A stretch of 64,000 bases of DNA from an uncultured beta proteobacterium (GTDB lineage: Bacteria; Pseudomonadota; Gammaproteobacteria; Burkholderiales; SG8-41), in contig CAVOUI010000007.1 in assembly GCA_963699525.1 (NCBI GenBank), positions 183,665 through 247,664 of the forward strand, written 5' to 3'. The position numbers and the translations under genes were made by a program. The first letter of the stretch is position 1, and each line of letters opens with the position of its first letter. The notes beneath the pieces were generated by a model. The model made no database searches. It was not told the DNA's origin and worked only from the letters and a program-made list of their open reading frames with translations. Below are positions 27,043-37,192 of the stretch, in pieces.

Positions 27043-28042
27043 GTGAATATTCTGACGAGCGATACGGGGCGTTCGCCGTCCCGGATCAAGGGCACACTGC
27101 TTGCAAGCGCTATTGCGTTCGGCGCGGCGAGCCAGCAAGCGGACGCCAGCTGCGGTTCGGCGTTCTGCACCGTGAACACCGGCTGGAACGTGCGCGGGGT
27201 GCAGACCGAACCCGGGCTGCGCTTCGATCTGCAGTTCCAGTACATAGACCAGGACCAACCAAGGTCCGGCAGCAACAAGGTCGCCGTCGGCCAGATTCCG
27301 ACGGATCACGATGAAGTGAAGACCATCAACCGCAACTGGATTGCATCGGTCGACTATGCCATGGACGACAAATGGGGCGTGTCGGTCGTGGCGCCGCTCG
27401 TCGACCGGAGTCACACCCATCTCGATAACGATCAGGCGCCGCCGGTCTCCGAGTCCTGGAGCTTCACCAAGCTCGGCGATGTGCGCGTGGTCGGCCGGCG
27501 ACAGTGGCGGAGTGAGAGCCTCGAGGGCCAGCGCCTCGACTACTTCGGCATCACGTTCGGACTGAAGCTGCCGACCGGCGAAACAAAAGTGGAGAACGCG
27601 GACGGCGAGCTCGCCGAACGCTCATTGCAGCCGGGCACCGGGACCACCGATCTGCTGCTCGGCGCCTACTTCCAGCGCGTGCTGGGCTCGGGCATGTCGT
27701 GGTTTGCCGACGCTGCGGATGCAGCAGGCCCTGAACACCTACGAGAACTACAAGCCGGGCGCCCAGCTGTCGCTCGACGTGGGTCTGCGCCACGAGCTCG
27801 GCGACCAGTTTTCGGTGATGATCCAGCTCAACGCCCTGCACAAGGACCGCGACTCCGGAAGCGAGGCCGAACCGGAGGACAGCGGCGGAAAATTCCTGTT
27901 CGTGAGCCCGGGGCTGAGCTACGCGATCGCCAGGAATTTCCAGATCTACGGTTTCGTGCAGCTTCCGCTGTATCAGTACGTCAACGGCGTGCAACTGACC
28001 GCGAATTGGGCCGCGATGGCCGGCATCAGCGCGCGATTCTGA
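27043..28042 (+). pseudogene. outer-membrane beta-barrel 'transporter' protein (MetA-pathway/phenol-degradation-like OMP family), one frameshift
   Basis: GTG 27043 follows a GGGAGGGGG Shine-Dalgarno. Signal peptide ends ..SQQADA. Alternating beta-strand pattern, ERSLQPGTGTTD motif and terminal ...MAGISARF. The reading frame switches near 27690-27710. Confidence 0.7.
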
Positions 28043-28046
28043 TCGT

Positions 28047-29102
28047 TCACTCCACCTTGATGTTCGCCCCCTTGATGAGCGGCCACCACTTATCGATCTC
28101 GGACTTGTGATAGGCGGCGAGCGCTTCCGGCGTCATCTGCTCGCGCGTCGGGAGGTCCTGCCCGAGCTCGTTGAGCCGCTTGATCACGACGGGATCGGCG
28201 AAGGACTTGGCGACGGCGTCGGCGAGCTTCGTGATGATCGGCCGCGGCGTGCCCTTCGGCGCCCACATGCCCTGCCAGAACGCGATGTGCGTGTCGGATG
28301 CGCCGATTTCCTCCGCCGTGGGGATCTCCGGCAGCGGCCGCCAGCGCGATCGTGACATCACCACCAGGGGCTTGATGCGGCCGGCAGTGAAGTGCGGCAG
28401 CATCTGCGACGCCTCCCCGCAGAAGAGGTCCACCTGGTTGCCCATCAGGGCCGCCATTACGGGCGCGCCACCCGTGTACGGCACATAACGCGTGCGCGTG
28501 CCCGTCTTCTGCTCGAAGTAGATGCTGCAAATGTGCGCCCCGCTGCCAAAGCCGACGATTCCCGACGTTGCCGTGTCCGGGTTCGACTTCAGCCAGGCGA
28601 GCAGCTCCTTGCCGTCGGCCACAGGCAATCCCGGGCGCCCGGCGATGATGAGCGTCGTGGTAGCAAGGATCGCGATCGGCTCGAGGTCCGTCACGGGATG
28701 CCATTTCACCGGGTAGACCGCGCCGGCGCCGACGTGGCTCGTCCAGTTGCCGACGATCAGGGTGTAGCCGTCCGGCGGCGACTGGATCGCCTTTCCGGTG
28801 CCGATGGTCGAGCCCGCTCCCGGCACGTTTTGCACCACCACCGGCTGCCCGAGCACCTGCCGCATGGGCTCGGACAGAAGGCGCGCCTGAATATCCGTCG
28901 AGCCGCCGGCCGGGAACGGCACGATCACCACGATCTGGCGCGTTGGATACTCCTGTGCGGCAGCGACGCCAATCAGCGCAAGACCCGCCGCGAACGAAGC
29001 GGTCAGGCGCCGCAACCATCCCTGCCAGCCGCGTCGACCGATTCGCCGCGGCGCTGTGGCACATCGCGAGGAAATCGCGTTTTCGGTTCGTATCGTGTTC
29101 AT
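28047..29102 (-). CDS. Bug/TctC family substrate-binding protein
   Basis: 351 aa. AGGAGGGG Shine-Dalgarno. Long basic n-region, then AAQEYPTRQIVVIVPFPAGGSTDIQAR. Confidence 0.88.
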   Translation of the reverse strand: MNTIRTENAISSRCATAPRRIGRRGWQGWLRRLTASFAAGLALIGVAAAQEYPTRQIVVIVPFPAGGSTDIQARLLSEPMRQVLGQPVVVQNVPGAGSTIGTGKAIQSPPDGYTLIVGNWTSHVGAGAVYPVKWHPVTDLEPIAILATTTLIIAGRPGLPVADGKELLAWLKSNPDTATSGIVGFGSGAHICSIYFEQKTGTRTRYVPYTGGAPVMAALMGNQVDLFCGEASQMLPHFTAGRIKPLVVMSRSRWRPLPEIPTAEEIGASDTHIAFWQGMWAPKGTPRPIITKLADAVAKSFADPVVIKRLNELGQDLPTREQMTPEALAAYHKSEIDKWWPLIKGANIKVE

Positions 29103-29147
29103 AGTCCCCTCCTGATCGGTTCCTGCGATATAAAGGTTCCTGACACC

Positions 29148-30776
29148 TTATTTGCCGACGGAGACCACCAGGCGCTGGTACAGCAGGCCTCCGAGGTAGA
29201 ACGTTACGCCCAGCACGACCAGGCTGATGATCCGGGTGAGCGGAGACGCTCCCCCGAGGTCGTAGAGCAGCACCTTCGCAGCGGCGGCGCCGAATACGAG
29301 AAGCGACGATTGCGCCAGCACGCGGTCGCGCTGCCACAGCGACAAGCCGAGGCACGCGAGCGCGATGACGCCCCACGCAGTGGACTCGACGATCCCCTCG
29401 GTGAGGAGGTGCAGCGCCGCCGCCATGGCACTGACGTGCCCGGCCAGGAGCACGAGCGTCGCGATCCCCTTGACCGGCTCGCGATTTCTGAGGAAGTAGT
29501 AGCCGAGATAGAGTTGCGCGGCGTACGCGACCGCCAGCCACGAGCGCGCCGGCACCGCCCTGAGATCGGCGTCGAACGCGACCCGCAGGTAATTGATCGC
29601 GAAAACCACGATCACCGCAATCCAGACCGGCCAGCTCGCCTGGAACCCGCTGCCATGCCGCAGGGTGACGGCGGCGGCAACGGGCATGACCGCGAACGCC
29701 ACCCACGGCGCCCACTCATAGGGCACCGACTCGATGTAGCCCGCATGAAACAGCACCAGTGCGACGTAGGCCCACAGCAGGAACTCGCCGCCGGGCAGCG
29801 CACGCTGCGCGACCGCGCGGGCGGTGCCGTAGAGGCCCGCGACGACGGCGCCGCTGCCGACCGCGATCCACGGCGCGAGCTCCGGCAGGTGCCGCTTCAA
29901 AAGCGCGTACTGCAGGAAGTAGAAGATCAGGAGCGGCGGCAGGTGGCCCCATGCCGACGCCTGATCGAGAGGCGACTTGTTGCGGATGGTGAAGACCGCG
30001 GTAGCGGTGCCGAAGATCGCGAACTGGACGGTCTGGAACGTGAGCGCGGCGGCCCACGCGTCCGGCGCCTTGTTGCGGAAGATGTAATCGAAGACGATCA
30101 ACGCGAGATAGAGCGCCAGCAGGTAGATCAGGCGCCGCCCGTGCCAGATCGAGAACACGCTGAATACCACGCCCCATGCCGAGAAGTAGATCACCAGGTC
30201 GGTAATCGAGGGCGCGCCGGAGATCAGGAGAGGCGCGGAATAGGAGCCGGCGACCGCGAACAGCGCGTAGAGCTCGCTCTCGAACGTCCGGCACAGCCAC
30301 AGGGACATCAAGCACACGAGGATCACCGCTACCGTCGCGGGCGCGGCCGCGAAGAATCCGTAGAAGAGATGCGCGCCGTAGATCGAGAGAAAGAGGATCG
30401 CCACCCCGCCCGCCGGCAGCAAGCCCGCGTACTGGCGGTTGACGTTGCGGAGGAAGAGCCCCGCGGCGATCATCGCGAGCCCCGAGATCGCGGCGAGCGC
30501 TACCTGCCGCACGGGCGTCAACCAGCCGCTCTCGACGGCGAGGCGGATGAGGTACGCGGCGGCCAGCACCAGCGCGACCGCCCCGCCCCAGCCCAGTATG
30601 CTGGTCACCAGCGAGGGGCGGTCTCCGGACCCGGGCTTGGGCGGAGCTGCCTTCGGAGCAGCCGGCCCCGCGGCCGCAGCCGGCGCCGGGCTACCCGGCC
30701 TCGCCAGTCGCGACTCGATGCGGGCGAGTCGCCACTCGACTTTGGCAAATCGTTTTTCGATGTCCTCAGGATCCAT
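29148..30776 (-). CDS. DUF2339-like polytopic membrane protein
   Basis: ORF trimmed to ATG 30776 (MDPEDIEKRFAKVEWRLARIESRLA). Coiled-coil-like N-terminus, Pro/Ala linker, then at least 14 hydrophobic helices. The start overlaps the stop of the upstream Bug gene (TGATG). Confidence 0.7.
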   Translation of the reverse strand: MDPEDIEKRFAKVEWRLARIESRLARPGSPAPAAAAGPAAPKAAPPKPGSGDRPSLVTSILGWGGAVALVLAAAYLIRLAVESGWLTPVRQVALAAISGLAMIAAGLFLRNVNRQYAGLLPAGGVAILFLSIYGAHLFYGFFAAAPATVAVILVCLMSLWLCRTFESELYALFAVAGSYSAPLLISGAPSITDLVIYFSAWGVVFSVFSIWHGRRLIYLLALYLALIVFDYIFRNKAPDAWAAALTFQTVQFAIFGTATAVFTIRNKSPLDQASAWGHLPPLLIFYFLQYALLKRHLPELAPWIAVGSGAVVAGLYGTARAVAQRALPGGEFLLWAYVALVLFHAGYIESVPYEWAPWVAFAVMPVAAAVTLRHGSGFQASWPVWIAVIVVFAINYLRVAFDADLRAVPARSWLAVAYAAQLYLGYYFLRNREPVKGIATLVLLAGHVSAMAAALHLLTEGIVESTAWGVIALACLGLSLWQRDRVLAQSSLLVFGAAAAKVLLYDLGGASPLTRIISLVVLGVTFYLGGLLYQRLVVSVGK

Positions 30777-31754
30777 CAGTCGCCGCGAATGTTCGCCAGC
30801 TTCACCACCTTCTCCCACTGCTCGCGCTCGGACTTGAGGTGGGCCGCGAACCGATCCGGCGTGCTCGCGATTCCCTCGGTCCCGTCGAGCGCGAGCCGCG
30901 AGGCAACCTCCGGCCGCTGCACGGCCTTGACGATCTCGCGTTGCAGGCGCTCGATCACCGGCAGCGGAGTGCCGCGTGGCGCAAGCATTCCGTGCCACTG
31001 GGTCACCAGGAATCCCGGCACGCCCGATTCGATCATCGTCGGCAGCTCGGGCGCCATCTTCGCGCGCGTCGCGCTGGCGATGGCAATGGCCCTCAGCTTC
31101 TGGGACCGGACGTGGCTGTAGACGGAGCCCGCGCTGAGAAAGCTCATCTGCACCCGGCCCGACAGCATGTCGCCCAGCGCCGCACCCACTCCCTTGTAGG
31201 GGATGTGCACCAATTGCGTTCCGGTGGAATAGGCGAACAGTTCGGTCGCGAGATGCGCGAGCGAGGCGTTCCCGGTGGACGCGTAATTCAGCTTCTCGGG
31301 CGCCGCTTTCGCATAAGCGATCAATTCCTTCACCGTCTTGACCGGGAGCCCGGGATACACCGTCAGCATGTACGGCGCGGCGGCGACCTGGGAGACGGGA
31401 GCGAAGTCGCGGTAGAGATCGTAGCGCGTCTTGTTGACGATTCCGTAGACAACCAGGCTCGCGCTGAGAAACATCAGGGTGTAGCCGTCGGGCGCGGCCT
31501 GCGAGGCGAGCTCAGCGGCGATGCTCCCGCTCGCGCCCGCGCGGTTGTCCACCACCACCGTCTGGCCGAGGGCTTCGCTCAGCGGGATCGCGACCTGGCG
31601 CGCGACGAAATCCAGACCACCGCCCGCGCCGGAGGCGACGATCAGCCTCACCGGCTTCGTCGGATACGCTGAAGATTGCGCGGCGGCGTGCGGCGCAGCA
31701 ACATCAGGGCAGCAGCGCGGCGACAAGCGTCCAAGCTGCAAAACCGCTTCGCAT
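30776..31754 (-). pseudogene. Bug/TctC family substrate-binding protein, frameshift inside the signal peptide
   Basis: ATG 31754 gives [16 protein letters not shown] and then a stop. Removing one base of the GGG run at 31707-31709 joins it to DVAAPHAAAQSSAYPTKPVRLIVASGAGGGLDFVAR... Confidence 0.8.
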
Positions 31755-31789
31755 CTGTCCTTGTGCCCCCTCACTCTGCAACCCTCTCT

Positions 31790-33224
31790 CTACAGCCCCG
31801 CCTGCGACACGAACTTGGGATTGAGATAAGCCTCGATCGCCTCGCTCCCGCCTTCCGAGCCGTAGCCCGAGTCCTTGACGCCGCCGAACGGCACTTCGGG
31901 CAGCGCGAGGCCCATGTGATTGATCGTGATCATGCCGGTCTCGACCGATGCGGCGATGGCGTTGGCGGTCTTGGCCGAGCGCGTCCACGCGTAAGCGGCA
32001 AGCCCGTACGGCAGGCGGTTCGCCTCGGTCACCGCGTCGTCGAAAGTGCGGAACGGGTTGACGATGGCGAGGGGACCGAACGGCTCCTGGTTCATCGCCA
32101 GGGCATCCGTGGACAGCTCGGCAATCACCGTGGGCTCGAAGAAATTGCCCTTCTCGCCGATCGGGTAGCCGCCGGCGAGCACTTTGCCGCCGCGCTTCCT
32201 CGCGTCGCCGACGTGGGCTTCCATCGCGCGGCTCCGCCGCGGGTTCGCGAGCGGGCCCATCTTCGTGTCCTTGTCCATGCCGTCGCCGACCTTGACCGCT
32301 TTCGCCCCCGCAACGACTTTCTCGACGAAGCTCGAGTAGACCCCTTCCTGCACCAGGAAGCGGGTCGGCGAGATGCAGACCTGCCCGGCGTTGCGGAATT
32401 TCATGAACGTCATCGTCTTCGCCGCCGCATCCACGTCGCTGTCGTCGAACACGATTACCGGCGCGTGCCCGCCCAGCTCCATGGTCGTGCGCTTCATGTG
32501 GGTGCCGGCGAGCGCCGCGAGCTGCTTGCCCACCGGGACGGAGCCGGTGAACGACACCTTGCGGATGACGGGGTGCGGAATGAGATAGCTCGAGATGTCC
32601 GCCGGGCTCCCGTAGACGAGGTTCACCACCCCGGCGGGAACGCCGGCGTCGGCGAAGGCGCGGATCAGTTCGGCGGGCGAAGCCGGCGTCTCCTCCGGCG
32701 CCTTCACGATGATCGAGCAGCCAGCGGCGAGCGCGCCCGAGAGCTTGCGCACCACCTGGTTGATCGGGAAATTCCACGGCGTGAACGCGGCGACCGGCCC
32801 CACCGGCTCCTTGACCACCAGTTGATAGACGCCCTCGGAGCGCGCCGGGATCACGCGCCCGTAGGCACGCCGCGCTTCCTCGGCGAACCAGTCGATGACG
32901 TCCGCGCCGGCGAGCGACTTCCTGCTTGGCCTCGGCGAGCGGCTTGCCCTGCTCCATCGTCAGTATCGGCGCAATGGCGTCGGCGCGCTCGCGGAACAAC
33001 GCCGCGGCCTTGCGCATGACCTTCGAGCGCTCGAACGCCGAAACCTTGCGCCAGGCCTTGAAGCCGGCATCCGCGGCTTCCAGCGCGCGGTCGAGGTCCG
33101 CGCGCTCGGCGTAGGCGACGGTGCCAATCTGGCCGCCGGTGGCGGGGTTGACAACAGGCAGCGTGCGCCCGGAGGCGCCCGGACCCCAGGCACCGTTGAT
33201 GTAAAGGAGCGTATTCGGATACAT
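31790..33224 (-). pseudogene. NAD(P)-dependent aldehyde dehydrogenase (succinate-semialdehyde DH-like), one frameshift
   Basis: The N-terminal frame reads [30 protein letters not shown]...LAEAKQEVA. After about 32912 the next frame reads [21 protein letters not shown]...FTPWNFP...ELGGHAP...EEPFGP-like motifs. Confidence 0.85.
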
Positions 33225-33263
33225 GGTCAGCCGCCCCTGATAAGTATGACGGCTTTCGCCGTC

Positions 33264-34255
33264 CTACAGGTTGAAGTAGGCGAACGCGGCGTCGATGGGC
33301 GAGGCGTAGATCGGCACGCGGTCCACGATGGTCGCGGTCGTGCCCTCCGCAACGGCGGCGGCCGCGATCCAGTTGCAGATCTCGCGCGTGCCGCCCTGCG
33401 GCCCGCCGAAGCCCGGCATGCCGGTCACGGTGCGCCCGCGCACGCCGATGTCCTGGCTGGTGTCGCCCTCCGGAATGCGGTAGTCATCGAAGTACGCTGC
33501 CATCCCCTTGGCGTCGCCGCGCGCCATGCGGGCGAGCAGCTCCTCGTCGAAGGCCTCGTTCAGCCACGCGCCGGGCTTCTGGGGCGTGTGCCACAGCCCG
33601 CCGGAGCCGATGACGGCGACGCGCAGGCCGTCCGGGAATTCCTCGATGACTTCGCGCGCCGCTCGGCCGACCTGGTAGCAGCGCGCGGCGGTCGGCTGGG
33701 GCGCGTAGTAGCAGTTGATCAGGACCGGCACGATCGGCGTGTTGAGATCGGTGAGCGACTGCACCGGCCGCAGGATGGCGTGCCCGATCCCGTCCTGCGG
33801 CTTGGGCATGTCCATGGAATACGCCGGATCGATGCCGCGCTTCATCATGCCCGTGAGCAGCGCGACGCCGAGTTCCGGGTGGCCCTTGAGCCGCACCTTT
33901 TTCGGGGGCGCGGACTCCATCGTTCCGCCCATCGGCGCATCCTCCCGCGTCAGCGCGCCCTCGAACGACTCACCCACGTAGATGGAGAAGGCGGGGTAAT
34001 TGCTGAAGTCGAAGCACTCGAGCTGGTCGTCGCCGAAGATCACGACGACATCCGGCCGCGCTGTCCGCGAGCTTGCGCCGCAGCGTGGCGAAGCCCTCCT
34101 GTACGCGGGCGTGCTTGCGCCGGTTCGACTCGAGGTCGTCGAGCGGCACGTCCGCCCGAAGCGGGCGCCCGCTGCGCGCGCGGTTCCAGTCCTCCGGCCT
34201 GCGGTAGCAGAACGGCGTGTGGGCCGTCTGGAAAGACGCCGACGATTCTCGCCAT
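33264..34255 (-). pseudogene. class III (LigB-type) extradiol ring-cleavage dioxygenase family protein, two frameshifts
   Basis: MARIVGVF (ATG 34255), then QTAHTPFCYRRPEDWNR...RRKLAD, then RPDVVVIFGDDQLECFDF...GSGGLWHTP...IYASPIDAAFAYFNL. Junctions are at the AAA run 34232-34234 and about 34055-34066. Confidence 0.75.
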
Positions 34256-34258
34256 CGC

Positions 34259-35257
34259 CTATTCCGACCTTGACTCCGGTTATCTTGACCATTTTCGCCC
34301 ATTTCGCGACTTCCGCGCGCACGAACCGGGCGAAATCGGCGGGCGAGCCCGGATGCATTTGCATGCCGCGCGTCTTGATATTCGCGACAAGGTCCGGGGA
34401 CGCGAGCGCCTGGTTGATTTCCTGGTTGAGCCGATTGACGATCGCGGTGGGCGTCCTCGCCGGCGACAAAGAATCCCACCCACGAGCGCTCCTCGAAGCC
34501 GGGATACCCGGCCTCGGCGACGGTCGGCACGTCGGGAAGGATCTCGATGCGCTTGAGGCTCGCTACCCCCAGTCGCCTTCATCCTGCCCGCCTGGATGTG
34601 CGGCAGCCCGGCCATCGAGCCGTAGAGCACCTCGACCTGGTTGCCCAGCACCGCGATGGTCGCCGGCCCGCCGCCCTTGAACGGAACGTGCACCGCGTCG
34701 AGCTTTGCCAGCACCCGCAGCAGGTAATCGGCCGCGATATGGGAGGACGTGCCGACTCCCGCCGTGGCGTAATTCAGCTGCCTGCCTTTGGACCGCTGGA
34801 TCAGGTCCTTCAGGTCCCGGGCCGGATGCGAGGCGAGCACCGCGAACAATCCCGCGGCGGAGACCGTGTTCGCGATCGGCGTGAAGTCCTTCACCAGAGT
34901 CGTAGCCGAGATTCTTGTAGAGGCTTGGCGCGACCGTGCTGGCCGCCGTATTCACGAGCAGCGTGTAGCCGTCGGGCGCGCCGTCGGCGGCGAGTTTCGC
35001 GCCTAGAGTGCCGCCGGCGCCGCCGCGGTTGTCGATCACGAACTGCTGCCCCAGCCGGTCGCTGAGCTTTTGCCCGATCGGCGCCCCATGTAGTCGGCAA
35101 AGCCGCCGGCCGCAAACGCCACGATCACCCGCACCGGCTTGGTGGGATAAGCCTGGCCAGACGAAGCAGTCTGGGCACCTGCAGCAATGGGCTGCCCGAA
35201 TGCCGTCCCGACAGCGAGCACCGCTGCCGCTCGCATCACTCCACGATCGATCATCAC
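34259..35257 (-). pseudogene. Bug/TctC family substrate-binding protein, about five frameshifts
   Basis: Five pieces in different frames reassemble into a full Bug protein: ...AYPTKPVRVIVAFAAGGFADY / GQKLSDRLGQQFVIDNRGGAGG...YD / LVKDFTPIANT...HVPFKGGGPA...HIQAGRMKA / LGVASLKRIEILPDVPTVAEAGYPGFEERSWVGFFV / PARTPTAIVNRLN...AKMVKITGVKV. Junctions are at about 35080, 34898, 34571, 34462 and 34264. Confidence 0.75.
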
Positions 35258-35279
35258 GACAGGTTTCCTCCTCTTATAG

Positions 35280-36215
35280 TTACCACCCGCGCGGCTCGGC
35301 CTTGAGAAACGGCAGCGCCTGCACGGCTTCCTCGAAGCGTCCGCGCTCGACCTCGCCGAGTGGCCGGACCGGCGGGCGCGGCATTCCGCATTCGCGGCCC
35401 ATCAGCGCCATGGCGCACTTGATGCCGGCGAGTCCGTCCTTGAGCCCGGAGATCCCCGCCTCCCGCACCAGGTGGTGCAGATGCGCGATGTCCTCCTGCA
35501 TGCCGCGCGCTTCCACGAATTTCTGCTGCCGGCACAGGTCGTAGACCCGCCGCAGGGCCTTCGGCGCGATGCCGGCAAGCGGCACGATCGCGCCATTGCC
35601 GCCGAGCGCGGCCGCCGACACCAGGTAATCCCGGCCGGCGAGGAGCTGGAAGCCCGGCCGCAGCCGCCGCCCGCCTGAAATCACCTCTTCCATGAAGACA
35701 AAGTCGAGGCTCGCGTCCACCACGCCGACGAGGTTCGGCACGCGCTCGATCAACTGCATCACCATGTCGGACGTGAGCTCCGTGCCCACCGATTCGACCG
35801 GCGGCGTGCAAACATAGAACGGCAACTTCACCGCCGTCCCGAGACGCACGAGATGCTCCACGACCATCGCGGGCCGGGGGTGCCAGAAATACGGCGGATG
35901 GGAAACAATCGCTGCCGCACCGGTCTTCTCTGCGTGCACGGCGCGGTTCACCGCGATGGCTCGTGCCGGCATCGCTCACGTGGGCGAGCACCGGGACCCG
36001 CCCTTGACCTGCTTGATGGCGAACTCGAGGAGCTCCCGCAGCTCGCCGTCGCGCAGGCTCATGTCCTCGCCCTCGGGCATCGGCAGCGCGAGCGCCTCGG
36101 CACCGTTGCGCAGGTGGAACTCGATGATCTTCGCGTAGGTGGGGTAATCGACGCTCTGGTCGCGCTTGAACGGCGTGACCGGCGCGTGCACCAGCCCGGG
36201 TTCGAAGGGCTTCAT
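35280..36215 (-). pseudogene. divergent DapA/DHDPS-family protein lacking the Schiff-base lysine, two frameshifts
   Basis: MKPFEPGLVHAPVTPFKRDQSVDY...KQVKG / RVPVLAHVSDAGT / AIAVNRAVHAEKTGAAAIV...NLVGVVDASLD...EPRGW. Junctions are at about 36000 and about 35962. The conserved G-x-K-[DE]-[AS]-S lysine is Val (GVVDAS). Confidence 0.7.
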
Positions 36216-36234
36216 ATGGGCAACGCGGGCTGTG

Positions 36235-37159
36235 CTACCAGCCGTGCGGCTCGGTCTGCAGGATGTCGAGCTCCTCGAGCCGCTTGCGCAGGAACTCGAG
36301 GCGCTCCTTCCCCGCCGTCGGCAGCGGCGAGCGCGTCGGGCCGACCGGGCGGCCCATCATGATCATCGCGCCCTTGAGCGACGAGGGGTATTGCTCCTTG
36401 AACAGCCGCCACAGCTCGGAGATCTTGAACTGGCACTCGCGCGCCGTCTCCCAGTCATGCGCCTCGAGCGCGGCGAAGAATTTGTTGCACAGGTTGGGCG
36501 CGATCGCGCCGGACGACGAGAACGAGCCACAGGCGCCGAGGGGGTAGGAGGCGAGCAGGTGCTCGACGCCCATGATGATCGCGAATCCCGGGCGCATGTT
36601 GAGCGCCACGCGGGAAATCTCGAGGTACTTCTGGCTGTGGAAGCTCGCGTCCTTCATGCCGACGTAGTTCGGCAGCCGCTCGATCAGGCGCCGGGTGAGA
36701 TCGCCGGTGAACTCCACGCCCTCGCCGTTCCGCCACGGCGAGTTGTAGGTCAGCACCGGCAGCTCGACCGTCGTTCGCGATGCGCACGATCGAATCGTAG
36801 ATCTCTTCCTGCGCGGGCCGCCGGCAGTAGGGCGAGATCGTGAGGATCGCGTCGGCGCCGACTTTCTGCGCGTGGCGCGCGAGGTCGAGCGAATCCTCCT
36901 CGGAAAGCGTGCCGACGAAGATCGAAACCGGCACCCGCTTCGCCACAGTCTTCACCGCGATTTCGGCGCCGAGCTTCCGTTCGGCAATGGTCAGGTTCAG
37001 CGACTCCGCCTTGTGGTGCGGCCACGCGATGGCCGGCGCGCCGTGGCGGACGTGGAAGTCCACCATCTTCGCGAATCCCTCCCCGTCGAAGCTGAAATCG
37101 TCCTTCATCGGGGAGACCGGGGCTTGCATGACCCCTTTCAACTTGATCGGCATCAGCAT
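36235..37159 (-). pseudogene. DapA/DHDPS-family (pyruvate-dependent class I aldolase-like) protein, one frameshift
   Basis: MLMPIKLKGVMQAPVSPMKDDFSFD...SIVRIAND / VELPVLTYNSPW...NYVGMKDASFH...EPHGW. The junction is at the CC run 36768-36769. The lysine is retained (GMKDAS). Confidence 0.75.
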
Positions 37160-37192
37160 GGTGAACCTCTCCGGATTGTTCTTGCGCTGATT

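Noticed and set aside
28392-31121. Very long ORFs in the supplied track, none adopted as genes. Examples: 28392..31121 (+, 909 aa), 36872..39022 (+, 716 aa), 39498..41519 (+, 673 aa), 22737..24554 (-, 605 aa) and 62040..63788 (+, 582 aa).
   Set aside because: Their translations are Arg/Gly/Ala/Pro-rich low-complexity strings with no recognisable motifs. They lie antisense to, or out of frame with, genes that have clear family signatures. This is typical shadow-ORF behaviour in very GC-rich DNA.
33264-34469. 401-aa ORF that fuses a Bug C-terminus to a LigB-type dioxygenase, which might look like a novel receptor-enzyme fusion.
   Set aside because: The fusion exists only because indels put the last Bug segment and the last dioxygenase segment in the same frame. 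The dioxygenase has its own ATG (34255), and the Bug gene regains a normal ...GVKVE-stop ending if one base of a CC run is removed.
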